From Thermoproteota archaeon (lineage in GTDB: Archaea; Asgardarchaeota; Jordiarchaeia; Jordiarchaeales; Freyrarchaeaceae), in NCBI GenBank assembly GCA_029258835.1, contig JAPDJY010000040.1:1-24805 (forward strand): a DNA stretch of 24,805 nucleotides, written 5' to 3'. A model generated the notes under the pieces. It saw only the letters and a list, made by a program, of their open reading frames with translations. It did not search any database and was not told the DNA's origin. The position numbers and the translations under genes were made by a program. Positions 9,674 through 19,029 of the stretch are shown piece after piece. Position 1 is the stretch's first letter; every line of letters starts with the position of its first letter.

Positions 9674-9962
9674 TGTATGAATTCACAAAAAAGACGGAAA
9701 TTTTTATTTTTATCGGATAATCAGAGTTGACTTCCACAACCATTACGAGGAGTGCAGCCCTTCTCCTCCTCCATCCCACCCAACGGCCGCCTCAACGGTG
9801 CCGGATGGTTTACGACGCGCCGCCTTAGGGCCCGTGGAGCCGGCTGGGAACGCGTAGACGTCAACCTGCCCTACACGTATGGGCAGCATCGACCGGGGCG
9901 GTTGGCTGCGTAGGAAACGTACCTATGTTTCCCGCCTCCTTCCTTTTTTATTGGTGACGTGG

Positions 9963-10250
9963 ATGGGGGGATAAGGAGGCCTAAAGAGTTTTTCGGGATG
10001 TTCTCCCTGCTAGGTTTGACCCCGAGAAGGCGGCAGGGTTAAGCTGCACCATCCAAATGGATATTGACGGTGGAAGGAGGAAAAATGGTACATCACCATC
10101 AGAGACCAGAAGCTTGAAGTCGCCCGGGGCATCCAAAACCTGACATCCTGATCAGGATGAAGGATAAGGGCTTCGTGGGCGTGATGAACGGGAAGATAAC
10201 GGCGGAGCGGGCCTACATGATGGGAAAGCTGAAGTTTAAGGGGGCCTTGG
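9963..10250 (+). pseudogene. SCP2 sterol/lipid-carrier domain protein, frameshifted
   Basis: Across frames: PKEFF..LPARFDPEKAAGLSCTIQMDID..KWYITIRDQKLEVARG..PKPDILIRMKDKGFVGVMNGKITAERAYMMGKLKFKG, matching the SCP2 AxMxGKLKhxG end. Confidence 0.8.
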
Positions 10251-10251
10251 C

Positions 10252-10923
10252 TTGAGTACGAAGCTGAGAGATTACTATTCACGTTTCGACGTGGAGCGGA
10301 TGGTGTTCATCTGCCCGGCATGCTTAAACATGTTCGAAAACGTGTACCCCGAAAGGTTTGGCATATACTTCAACTTTGAGAAGGTGTCCCTTTGGCGATG
10401 GCTGCTTGAGCATAGGAATGAGTTCGATTTCAAGCCGCTCGGCGTCAGCGTAGCGATGCACGACTCCTGCCACGGGCGGATGCTCGGCGAATCCTTCCAG
10501 AGAGAGGTTAGGGAAGTCCTCAGGCTCTGCGGAGTACAGGTGGAGGAGAGCGTTGAAGCCCTAAACCTCGGCTACTGCTGCGGGATAGGTGCGGCGACGG
10601 TCAGGCTGTCCCTGCTCGACATAGTTAAGACGGGAGTCAAGGCGCTCCGGGCGGCGAGGAAGGCAAGGGCAAGCGAGCTTGCAACATACTGCGACGGCTG
10701 CCTCCTAACGCTTTCAGCAATAAAACTCTTAACCCCGATCCGCCTCCCCGTCCGCCACGCACTCGAATACGTGATAGCGTCCATGGGAGGAAGTGTACCC
10801 TCAAAACACAGCAGGCAGGCTGCGAAAATTGTCTATGGTCTGCTGCTAAACGTCACCCCAAAGTACCTCTCAAGGAAACGCTTCAAAGTGGCAGAGAACC
10901 TAACAGGAACCGTACTCGTATGA
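10252..10923 (+). pseudogene. CCG-domain (HdrD/GlpC-like) Fe-S oxidoreductase, C-terminal half only
   Basis: CPAC, HDSCHGR, CCG, YCDGC. The N-terminal ferredoxin domain and the start of the first CCG domain are absent; the ORF abuts the SCP2 remnant. Could still be translated from TTG. Confidence 0.65.
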
Positions 10924-11449
10924 AGCGACACGCGATCCTGTTGCACAGGCGACGCCCCTCTTCTCCGTTCACCCTTCAACCCCCTCGTCTTCATCCCGGC
11001 TGCTCACCGGGTGGAGGGTGCGACGTCCAGCAGCGAGCCGACGGGGAGAGGCTCACAGCCAGCAGGGGGAGCCGCAGCCAGCTTTCCTCCGTCGGCTACA
11101 CCGGCGAGAGTGTAAAACTGCCCGTGGAGGGAGGGGGAACGCTGTTAAGGAGGCAGAGTGCGTAGCGAAGATGGAAGCGTGAATAAGCGTAAACGGAAGA
11201 GAAGTCCAAAAAAGAAGTCTCGTTGAAAGCCGATGTTTCAGTGGCTGCCTCCTGCCCTCCGCCGGGGTCTTGAGGTGCGCCGTCTTCGACCTCCATCGAG
11301 GACTTTGCCGCCGACCCCGGCGTTTTCGGTTGTTTTGCTGCTTGCCTATCTGGTCATCGTAATCGTTGCCGCCGTGAGGGATGTAGCCATCGTCGTCAAC
11401 CCCTCACTGCTTGAAGGCGGATGGAAGCTGAAAATGCATGCCACGGCCA

Positions 11450-12034
11450 TCACCGCTCACTCAGCTCTTCCTTAAGCCATTTCAGGGCTGTCCTAGCCCT
11501 TGCATCCAGCTCCTCGGCTATCCTCCTTGAAACCTTGAAGTGCATCAGCTCTTTAAGCTTGAATATTTTCTCGTCGAAGTGTGCCATGCTCTCCTCAACC
11601 GTTCTGCCAGCTTGGTAGCCGTGCTCGAAAACCCTCAGAAACCCCACAACGCCCAAGGCGTCCAGCTTGTCGGCGTCGCTCAGGACCTTAGCCTCCACGC
11701 TCAACGGCTCAACACGCCTTCTCAATGCATAGCTGTAGCTGTGGTACTCGACGGCGTTAACCACCAGCCTGACGAACCACTCCTCGCACCCTCTCTCCTC
11801 GAGGAAGGAGCGGGCTATGAGCGAGGAGTAGTACGCGTGCGGCTCCCCAAGCGGCCTGCCGACATCGTGAAGGTAAACTGCCGTTTCGAGCAGCTCCCGG
11901 TTAATACCTGGAACCTCGCCAGCTATGACGTTAGCGTACCTCATGACGCGCTCCACGTGCGGGTAGCCGTGCGAGAACCCGCCTCCAAGCAGCCTACGCG
12001 CCAGCTCCCTAGCATCATTAATCACGCTCTCCAC
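11450..12034 (-). CDS. HD-domain metal-dependent phosphohydrolase (YedJ-like)
   Basis: HGYPHVERV, LHDVGR, H, HS, DADKLDALG, HFDEKI. Confidence 0.92.
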   Translation of the reverse strand: MESVINDARELARRLLGGGFSHGYPHVERVMRYANVIAGEVPGINRELLETAVYLHDVGRPLGEPHAYYSSLIARSFLEERGCEEWFVRLVVNAVEYHSYSYALRRRVEPLSVEAKVLSDADKLDALGVVGFLRVFEHGYQAGRTVEESMAHFDEKIFKLKELMHFKVSRRIAEELDARARTALKWLKEELSER

Positions 12035-12089
12035 GCCTCACCACTCCCACCAACTACCACATGCCACACCGCTCACTACTTGAGACGGC

Positions 12090-12131
12090 AAAGTAAATTC
12101 TAAAAAGTAGATTCTAATTAAAGTATGTTCT
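12090..12131. repeat. Three imperfect direct repeats (AAAGTAnnTTCT) in a divergent intergenic region
   Basis: aaagtaaattctaa (12090), aaagtagattctaa (12104), aaagtatgttct (12120). Confidence 0.6.
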
Positions 12132-12167
12132 GGAATTTTCTTTCTTAACTTCTTAGAGGGGGAGGTT

Positions 12168-12590
12168 TTGTTGATTGCTTGAACCTTTGGGACGGGTAAC
12201 GGTAGGAGAGTTCACTTCTATTTTTGGAGTAGTTAGGCGTTGATGTTGCCGTGGATGTAAGGGGTTTCCTACCTCCCGGTTTGAGTGGCTCGGGAAGGAT
12301 GCGCTAAGGAGAGTATTAGAGTCTGCTGGCACGGAGCATGTCCGTTTTGAAGGGTTTAGGAGGATGCAGGGAAAGGGGTTGTGGGAGGTACATGGAAACC
12401 GAGGAGTTCAGGGGAGCCTTCGAGGAACTTTTAACACTGATTGAAAGGGAAGAGTGTTGTCATCTTTTGTTCAGAGAAGCCTTTCTTCAGGTGTCACAGG
12501 AGGTTCATAGCAGACGATTGCCCGGAGAGGTGTAAAGGTTTTTTCACGTAATTAAGGAGTGAAAGGTTCAGGAGCATAGGTTGAAAGCGT
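12168..12590 (+). pseudogene. DUF488-family protein, decayed
   Basis: GGAGG then TTG. LIA*TFGTG, GVDVAVDVR.FPTSRFEW, LGG.R, YMETEEF..AFEEL, VIFCSEK.FFRCHRRFIAD, FHVI; stops and frameshifts. Confidence 0.8.
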
Positions 12591-13029
12591 GTAGTGGAAA
12601 GGGGGGGCATGTTGAGGAGAAACATGGCAGGTTTTCCTGTGGAACTCCGATCAGGTTCCCTTCGGAGGGTGTTAGTTTAAGTGGGGTTGGTTGGTAGCTT
12701 TTGAAGTATGTGGCGAGTTAGAAGGGCTGAATGGGCATTTAAATGCGGGATGCGTTGTTTCCAAGCGGGCAGCCGAGTTGCTGGTTGGAGCATGCCGTTA
12801 AACTTCCATGTAGGTGCTTCACCACTACCCTTCGAAGGCCGCGCATAAACCTCTCAATCTAAAGGGAGGAAACGAAAATTTATGAAATCTCATAATGGTA
12901 AGTGTTCTTCCTTCTCGGTGTTGAAGGCCTCTTATTTTGTAATCGCTACTGCTTGGATGGCCGCGCCGCTCAAAATATTTCTCTATTTCCTTCCATAGTT
13001 TGCGGTGGTGATAGAAATAAGCCGCCGAA

Positions 13030-13485
13030 GCCGGCAGCTCCTCACGTAAACGTGGAGGGAAACCTGCACGAAGCAGCGTTAACTAGGATTCACGTGGAGG
13101 GAGGGCTACCAGCAGAACCTTGGAGAAACTGGTGGGAAAACGGAGCCGCCAAATCCGATAGATTCAACCGTTTAACCTTCATGGCTGAAACCATGCCTAC
13201 GAGGTTTAGGGGCACCTTCTTAATCCTCCAACTCGACAGGTTCTCCTTAGGTCGAGTGCTAAGGGTAGTCTCCGCTATCAGCTGACGCATAAGCCTCGTC
13301 ACGGGGCAAGCTACCCCTCATTGACGTGATAAGAGCCATGATGGGCTATGAGAGCGACGTGCCACTCGTCCCTAGGGGCCCCATGAAGGAAATAAAGAAG
13401 GTTAAGAGTCTTCCGGTAAAGGAATGGGAGAAGGAAAGAATGCTCTAGGAAAATGCGGTGGAAACCCTGAATCCTGAAGTTATAG
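13030..13485 (+). pseudogene. Amidohydrolase (Amidohydro_2/LigW-like) remnant
   Basis: IHVEGG, GASYP (cf. GSDYP) and C-terminal KEIKKVKSLPVKEWEKERML*ENAVETL (cf. LSEEEKEKILGENA). Confidence 0.55.
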
Positions 13486-13558
13486 CTGCCGCCGGCAGCC
13501 CTCGCTTCTGGAGCAGCAGCCTACCTCCGCTTGTGGAAACTGGAAACTGTAACCGTAT

Positions 13559-15448
13559 TTAGAGGAGTCCAAGCTTTTCCAGGTCTTCAGCTACGTCCTT
13601 GAGTCCTAGTTCTATCAGCTTCTCCTTCGTTGGGATCCCCTTCTCCACGTTCCATCCCCTCTCGTCGTAGTAGTCGTCCAGTAGCCCGTACGCTATGTCC
13701 CTGGTGATCTCCACTTTCTCGTAGTAGTCTAGGTGTAGTGGCTTCTCGAACCACTTCTCGGGGAAAACGTCGTCCTTCCTCGTGAATCCCTCCATCACGT
13801 TAATGGCCTTTTCAAGGTTGAATATTCTCTCGGAAGCGGTCATAAGCTCCTCTCCGCTCACCTCGAATCCGGTCGCAGCCGAGTATAGGTCAGCGAACGT
13901 TTCCAGCGAATAGAACCTGTTGATCTGCCCTCTCCCACAGGTTCCAAGGCTTCCGCAGATGTAGAGGAACTGCTGCGCGTACTTAGTCAGTCTTCCAACG
14001 TTTATAGCCATCCCCTCCTTCTCCGTTAGGATTCTCTCCTGAGCGTCCTTTGGGATCCCCATCCTGTCGAAGTGCCGTTTAATCCAGTCTAGAGGTCTGC
14101 CAAAGGTGAAGTATAGCGGCGACGAGCCCCCCGGAGCGGAGGCTGGCCCCCTCGGATGCACAACCATTCCGAGCTCGAAGGGGGTGAACGTCTTCGAGAA
14201 AACGGGCCCTCTCACGCTCTGGTAGGCAACCATCCCCTTCACAACGCACGGGGCAAAATCCCCTGCCTTATCACCATACCTCTCAAGCACGTACTTGAAG
14301 CCCTCCGCCAGCACGTCCCCGAACCCACGCCTATACGTGATGTTGTCAAACCACTCCTTCAGCGAATCATAGTCGTTGAGCTTGATTGGGGGTCCTCCAA
14401 GCTCCCTGTCGGTTATCAGCCCGTTCTTATATAGGTTCTCGGTGAACTTTAACAGTTCGAACGTCTCAAACATGTCGAGGCCGTAGTCATCGAGAACGTC
14501 TGTTAAGCTTATGCACTCGTCATAGCCTAGGCCGCCGTAGAGATAGGGCAAGAGCGTGTTGACGAAGGCGCTAGCGTACTTCGTAAAGCCCTTAAACTTC
14601 CCCTTCCTAATTTGAAGGATCTCCTTATCGCCGATTGGACACCCGACGCATGCCACCCTAGCCATCTTAAACTCTAGGTAGCTCTCCTCCGGCACTATGC
14701 GCATGAAGTTTAGGAACCCCAGTCTCTGAGCGTCCTTACGCTTAGGGTAGCTTCGAATCCTCTCGTAGAGGCGGCTGCAGATCTCCTTGAACCTCTTGGG
14801 ATCCGCCACCCTCACGCCTTTCGTCCCCTTCACGACGATAGCCTTAAGGTTTTTAGAGCCCATAACGGCTCCGAGCCCTCCTCTCCCGATCGTTGAAAGC
14901 TTATCGATGAAAGCCATGGAGAACCTGACTAGATTCTCGCCACCCTGCCCTATCGCTAAGACGCCAGACGAGCCCCCGTAGGCTTCCTTGAGCGTGTCTG
15001 TTGCTTTGCCTATGCCCTCCCCCCAAAGCGACCCGGCGTCTACGATCTCGGCTTCGCCGTCGCATATGCTAATGTAAACAGGCTTTTCCGCCCGTCCCCT
15101 TATAATTACGTGGTCGAACCCTGCATTCTTAAGCATGCAGCCGAAGTTTACTCCTCCACCGCCTCCCCATCCCACGGCCCCGTTAACAGGCAGCTTCGTC
15201 AAGCTGTAAACCCTCGACGATCCGGGAGCAGCCGTTCCCACCAGGGGTCCCACGCCTATTATGACGGCGTTCTCTGGTGAGAGAGGGTCTACTCCGGGTT
15301 TAACCAGGTCATACCACAGCTTAATGTTTACGCCTAATCCTCCGATAAAGCTACGGGCAACTTGTAAGTTCAACTTCTCCCTTTTCACCCTACCGGTGGT
15401 TAAGTCGACATCGAGGATTGAGCCAGCGTACCCGTAGTACTCCTCCAT
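13559..15448 (-). CDS. Tungstopterin aldehyde:ferredoxin oxidoreductase (AOR/WOR) family, divergent
   Basis: GYAGSILDVDLT, IGGLG, LKNAGFD, GENLV, GRGGLGAVMGSKNLKAI, DDYGLD, ERIFNLE, YYDERGW..GIPT; 629 aa. Confidence 0.93.
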   Translation of the reverse strand: MEEYYGYAGSILDVDLTTGRVKREKLNLQVARSFIGGLGVNIKLWYDLVKPGVDPLSPENAVIIGVGPLVGTAAPGSSRVYSLTKLPVNGAVGWGGGGGVNFGCMLKNAGFDHVIIRGRAEKPVYISICDGEAEIVDAGSLWGEGIGKATDTLKEAYGGSSGVLAIGQGGENLVRFSMAFIDKLSTIGRGGLGAVMGSKNLKAIVVKGTKGVRVADPKRFKEICSRLYERIRSYPKRKDAQRLGFLNFMRIVPEESYLEFKMARVACVGCPIGDKEILQIRKGKFKGFTKYASAFVNTLLPYLYGGLGYDECISLTDVLDDYGLDMFETFELLKFTENLYKNGLITDRELGGPPIKLNDYDSLKEWFDNITYRRGFGDVLAEGFKYVLERYGDKAGDFAPCVVKGMVAYQSVRGPVFSKTFTPFELGMVVHPRGPASAPGGSSPLYFTFGRPLDWIKRHFDRMGIPKDAQERILTEKEGMAINVGRLTKYAQQFLYICGSLGTCGRGQINRFYSLETFADLYSAATGFEVSGEELMTASERIFNLEKAINVMEGFTRKDDVFPEKWFEKPLHLDYYEKVEITRDIAYGLLDDYYDERGWNVEKGIPTKEKLIELGLKDVAEDLEKLGLL

Positions 15449-15450
15449 CC

Positions 15451-15690
15451 CTACACCTCCTCCACCTTCTCAAGCACGTCGTACATACAGTAATCCGCGC
15501 AGACGCCACATCTCACGCAGTCACTAGTGAAGCCGATCTTCGCTCCACCATCCATCCTCTCAACAACTATCCTCGCCTTCGACGGGTTAAAAACCTTCTC
15601 GTACGTGAACGAACACATCAACTGGCACAGCAAACACCCGACACACCTCATAGGATACGTCCTGATCTCAACTATCCTCAAGAAAATCAA
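15451..15690 (-). CDS. 2x[4Fe-4S] ferredoxin partner of the AOR-family enzyme
   Basis: CVGCLLCQLMCS..FNPSKARI and CVRCGVCADYC; 2-nt gap to the AOR gene. Confidence 0.88.
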   Translation of the reverse strand: MIFLRIVEIRTYPMRCVGCLLCQLMCSFTYEKVFNPSKARIVVERMDGGAKIGFTSDCVRCGVCADYCMYDVLEKVEEV

Positions 15691-15724
15691 CCCCCCACGA
15701 ATGCTGGTTCACACGCTTAAGACC

Positions 15725-15750
15725 TAAGTAAAAATTTAAATTTAAAGTTA
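15725..15750 (-). promoter_or_regulatory. AT-rich promoter of ferredoxin-AOR operon
   Basis: Palindromic tttaaatttaaa (15731-15742) about 40 nt upstream of the TTG start. Confidence 0.45.
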
Positions 15751-16231
15751 ATGTCGCCAGGCATCATGCAGCATCCGAACATGCACTTTTAAAGGTATTG
15801 CAGAGGTTGTGAAGGGTGGAAAGAAAAATTCCTACTGGGCGCCGCTCGCCCGCTCCCGGCGTTTTCCATGGCTTTCACCACGGTGTCGCAGCCGTCAGGG
15901 TCGCTATACCGATGTTGGCGTTAATCCCCTCAGCAGCCTCCATCACAGCTTTCCTGGCCTCCTCCACGGCTTTAACACCCCAAACTGCTCTAAAGGTTAG
16001 GCTGTAAGTTTACGCCTCCGAAGCCGATATAGCTATAGCCACGATTTCCCATCCTCTACGTAGACATACGCCTTACAAGGGGGCGTCTTCACCTTCACCG
16101 CGTAGTAACCTTGCTTCGCCCCCTGCACGCCACCGGGATAGCCAACAGCACTACTAAGCTCTTCCTGGACGCGGACATTTTCCACTTGTTATGCTTAAGT
16201 GGACGGTGAACTTTAACAATGACGCACACGC

Positions 16232-16260
16232 TAAATTTGGACTTAAATTTGGACTTAAAT
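16232..16260. repeat. Perfect 12-bp tandem repeat, about 2.4 copies
   Basis: taaatttggact taaatttggact taaat. Confidence 0.8.
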
Positions 16261-16279
16261 ATACGGGTGAACAAGACGT

Positions 16280-16846
16280 GGCCATACTTGACTTACAACT
16301 CCCTCTCAACACGATAAAATTTGGCAACTACACCCTTTACGTTTAACATGCCGCTAGGCGGAACGGTCAGCTACTACAACGGCACCAGTTACGGCCCCTA
16401 CACAGGCCACTGTAATGCAAGTGTAACCTTCCTTTACACCCGCCTGATCTACCTAAGGTTCAAGGCTTGTGGGATCGAAGCGGTGACCATGGCTGCTGGA
16501 ACCCCTGACTGCTGGAAGATAACAGTTCCCAATTCAAGCGACCCAAACGGCGTGGATGGCTGCGTGCACCCTCCCTCAGCTAAGAACTACGTCAAGGCGG
16601 ACATGACGACTTCGAACCGTGCTAACGAGTACCGCACAGTGATTGGAGCTGGCGAGTAAGGAAGGGTTTGAACCGCCCATTCCTCCGAGGCGTTTATCCT
16701 CCTCTTCATGCCTCCATACCTACGCTGTACGATGCTTTCCAGCAACAGCAGCGAACATAATGTTCCTTGGGGTGGAGCCGCGGCGGCTACCATTGGCGTG
16801 GAAGCAGCGGTTAGTAGCTGTTGCTGGACGCCGCACGCGAACCTAA
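16280..16846 (+). pseudogene. Decayed C-terminally anchored surface protein
   Basis: Sequon-rich extracellular-like ORF 16321-16659 (NGT, NAS, NSS), then across frames EPPIPP, QQQQ, NIMFLGV/GAAAATIGVEAAV/VAVAGRRTRT* (TM plus basic tail), followed by a pyrimidine tract. Confidence 0.45.
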
Positions 16847-17055
16847 ACTCTTTTCCTTTCCCATGCGGATCCTTTCAGCCTTACGTGTCGGCCTGCCCGG
16901 CTGCTTCGCAGCCCGACAACTCCCATCGCCAGACCTCTAAGTCCTGTAAACTAGCTACCTTTCTAGTTCTTCGGCCGAAGTTTTTCCATCATGCCCGCGC
17001 CCTCGCCGACGCCGGCCGCGTGGAAGGTGCTCGATGAGGAGAGAATGACGTTAAC

Positions 17056-17619
17056 CTATTCCTGCGTGTAGACGAATTCGCATAGCTCGTCCCCCTCTCC
17101 CATCCTTCTAGGTCTTCTAAGGCGTATGTTCGGGTTTACTGTTTGAGCCCAGTTCTGGTAGATCGCCTCGCAGACCTTCCCACAAACCAAGGGGATCACG
17201 TGCTCCCTACCCGACTTCCTGATTGTCTCGAGCCATGGGCAGCGCCGCACCAGCATCACGGCCCTGTCGCTCCTGCAGACGGGAACCTCGAACTTCCACC
17301 CCTCCATTGTCCACCTGAGCGTGATGGTCTTCACCAACGTTTCAACGTCGCATCCCTTAACGCCGAACCACTTCATAACTCTTTTAGCGAGTATCCTCGC
17401 GAAGACGGACCAGACCTTAACGTCAAGCTCGGCTGCCTCCTCTAACCCGTACTTCTCCTCGACGCACATGAACCAGACACCATCTATTCCCGCGTACGCA
17501 CTACGGAAAAACTCGGCGGCCACTTCAGGAGGAACCACGTTTAAGCCGCCGAAGCCCTTACCATGCGTTCCCCCGTTACCTCGCCTCTTACTTGACGAAG
17601 ACACACGCTCCACCTCCAC
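17056..17619 (-). CDS. DUF6125 / L-2-amino-thiazoline-4-carboxylate hydrolase-like (V4R/H-NOX-type ligand-binding) protein
   Basis: DGVWF..VEEKYGLEEA.ELD..VW, then CPW, C..C, GDELCEF. The true start may be downstream of 17619. Confidence 0.75.
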   Translation of the reverse strand: MEVERVSSSSKRRGNGGTHGKGFGGLNVVPPEVAAEFFRSAYAGIDGVWFMCVEEKYGLEEAAELDVKVWSVFARILAKRVMKWFGVKGCDVETLVKTITLRWTMEGWKFEVPVCRSDRAVMLVRRCPWLETIRKSGREHVIPLVCGKVCEAIYQNWAQTVNPNIRLRRPRRMGEGDELCEFVYTQE

Positions 17620-18054
17620 GTCCTCCCGTCCTTCAACATGTAAGCGCCGGGTTCAGGCGGCGCTTCAGCCTTCTAACGAACGGCTTCACCCCTAATATTT
17701 GTATCCGTTACACTTCAACGCACGATCCTCTTTAAAGGTTACTACGCGCTTCCTTCAAGAGGGAAGCTTCTCATCTATCATCTATCATAAAAGAGGTTCA
17801 TGCGTTGATGACTTACACGTCGCAAACAGGGTTTCTGTTCCACCTGCCAGCCGTCACGTAGATCCCCATCGAAACCTCTCTAGTTCCTTGGGAATAGGGT
17901 TGAATGACGGCAGCATTACTTCCCCTCCTTCTGGAATGGTTGACCTAGCGTGGTTGCCCGTGAGCTTCCACGGCTACCGAACTTGGCGGCGTCTTTAAGC
18001 TTGAAGGCATGGCTCCTGAAGGGTGCCGCTTTTAACATAGGTTAATGACCACCA

Positions 18055-18909
18055 TTAAACATTAGGGAACCCGTTTGGCGTTCCGGGCGTGTTAATCAGC
18101 CCCCTTCTCTCTCCGAACATCCTGTCGGCTTCCTCTTTAACCGCCTTTCTAAGTGCTTTAATCACCCTCGCAATGTTATCCATCCCGCGTGCCTCGCCGT
18201 CTAGGGCTTTTAGAAACCCGTATCCCAGCTTAGGGATCGATTTAACTCTTGCCATGAGCACTCTTAGCTCTTGGATGAAGCCGTCCAAGTCTATTTCTTC
18301 GCACACCTGCCCCAGCTTCCTCCTAAAATTTTCATGTGCCTTCACGTTGAGCATTTGGAGGGCCCTAAAGTTCACGGTTATCCCCCTGCCGAGAACGTGT
18401 CTGCTGAAGAGTTCATGCCAGCACACTATGTTGATTAGCTCTCTAAGCTGGTTTGCAACCTCCTCCTCACACCGTATGCTCTTGGTCACGTCGCTCAGGA
18501 TAAGGTCAATGTTTCTTTTAAGGTAGTCGATTACGTGGCTCGCCGATGCTTCAACGTGTGCTCTCAGCTCGTGGGGGAAGGATTCCTCCTTCACGGAGTT
18601 GATGGTTGACTCAACTACCTTAACGATCATGTTTGCTTCACGCTGCGCCCTTACAGCATACTCAACGTAGTCCAGCACGTAATGGAGGAGAACACACTTG
18701 ACACCGTCAGCACCGTGGCTCTCGTAGACGGCGACCACCGCCTTAGCCAGGGTTTTAGGGGCTGAAGGGCTAAAGTCGTGCAGGTTTACCACCTCACCGT
18801 CAGCCCCCCTCAACTCCCCCCTATCCACCAAAACATCAACGTCTAAGCAGACATCCACCTTCAGGCGTGCAAGCCTTACATGTTTCCGGTGGATAGGCCA
18901 GCTAGGCAT
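18055..18909 (-). CDS. Hypothetical protein with putative metal-dependent hydrolase N-domain
   Basis: MPSWPIH..D..HD..LHYVLD pattern; GGAGG RBS and TATA-like box upstream; helical C-terminal half. Confidence 0.7.
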   Translation of the reverse strand: MPSWPIHRKHVRLARLKVDVCLDVDVLVDRGELRGADGEVVNLHDFSPSAPKTLAKAVVAVYESHGADGVKCVLLHYVLDYVEYAVRAQREANMIVKVVESTINSVKEESFPHELRAHVEASASHVIDYLKRNIDLILSDVTKSIRCEEEVANQLRELINIVCWHELFSRHVLGRGITVNFRALQMLNVKAHENFRRKLGQVCEEIDLDGFIQELRVLMARVKSIPKLGYGFLKALDGEARGMDNIARVIKALRKAVKEEADRMFGERRGLINTPGTPNGFPNV

Positions 18910-19029
18910 TTAACCCTCCCCATGGGAAAAGGCACCAAATAGTATTTAAGCTTAAAGGCCCAGCAGGGAAAAAGGTAAGCACGGATGAAAGAGGAAAATG
19001 GAAAGAAAGTGTGGGGGCTAAAGATGCCC

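Noticed and set aside
10920-11450. Short ORFs or possible structured RNA between the CCG and HD genes
   Set aside because: No recognisable motif or convincing fold; left unassigned.
16650-16725. 76-nt tRNA-like sequence on the minus strand (GCGTAGG...GGCGG TTCAAAC CCTTC CTTACTC G CCA)
   Set aside because: T-loop and CCA spacing fit, but the D and anticodon arms do not pair and both remaining stems have mismatches. The opposite strand reads as part of a decayed surface-protein gene. tRNAscan-SE would settle it.
17642-17665. 8-bp GC hairpin aagcgccg-N8-cggcgctt upstream of the DUF6125-like gene
   Set aside because: A single short hairpin is plausible by chance at this GC content; no second copy seen.
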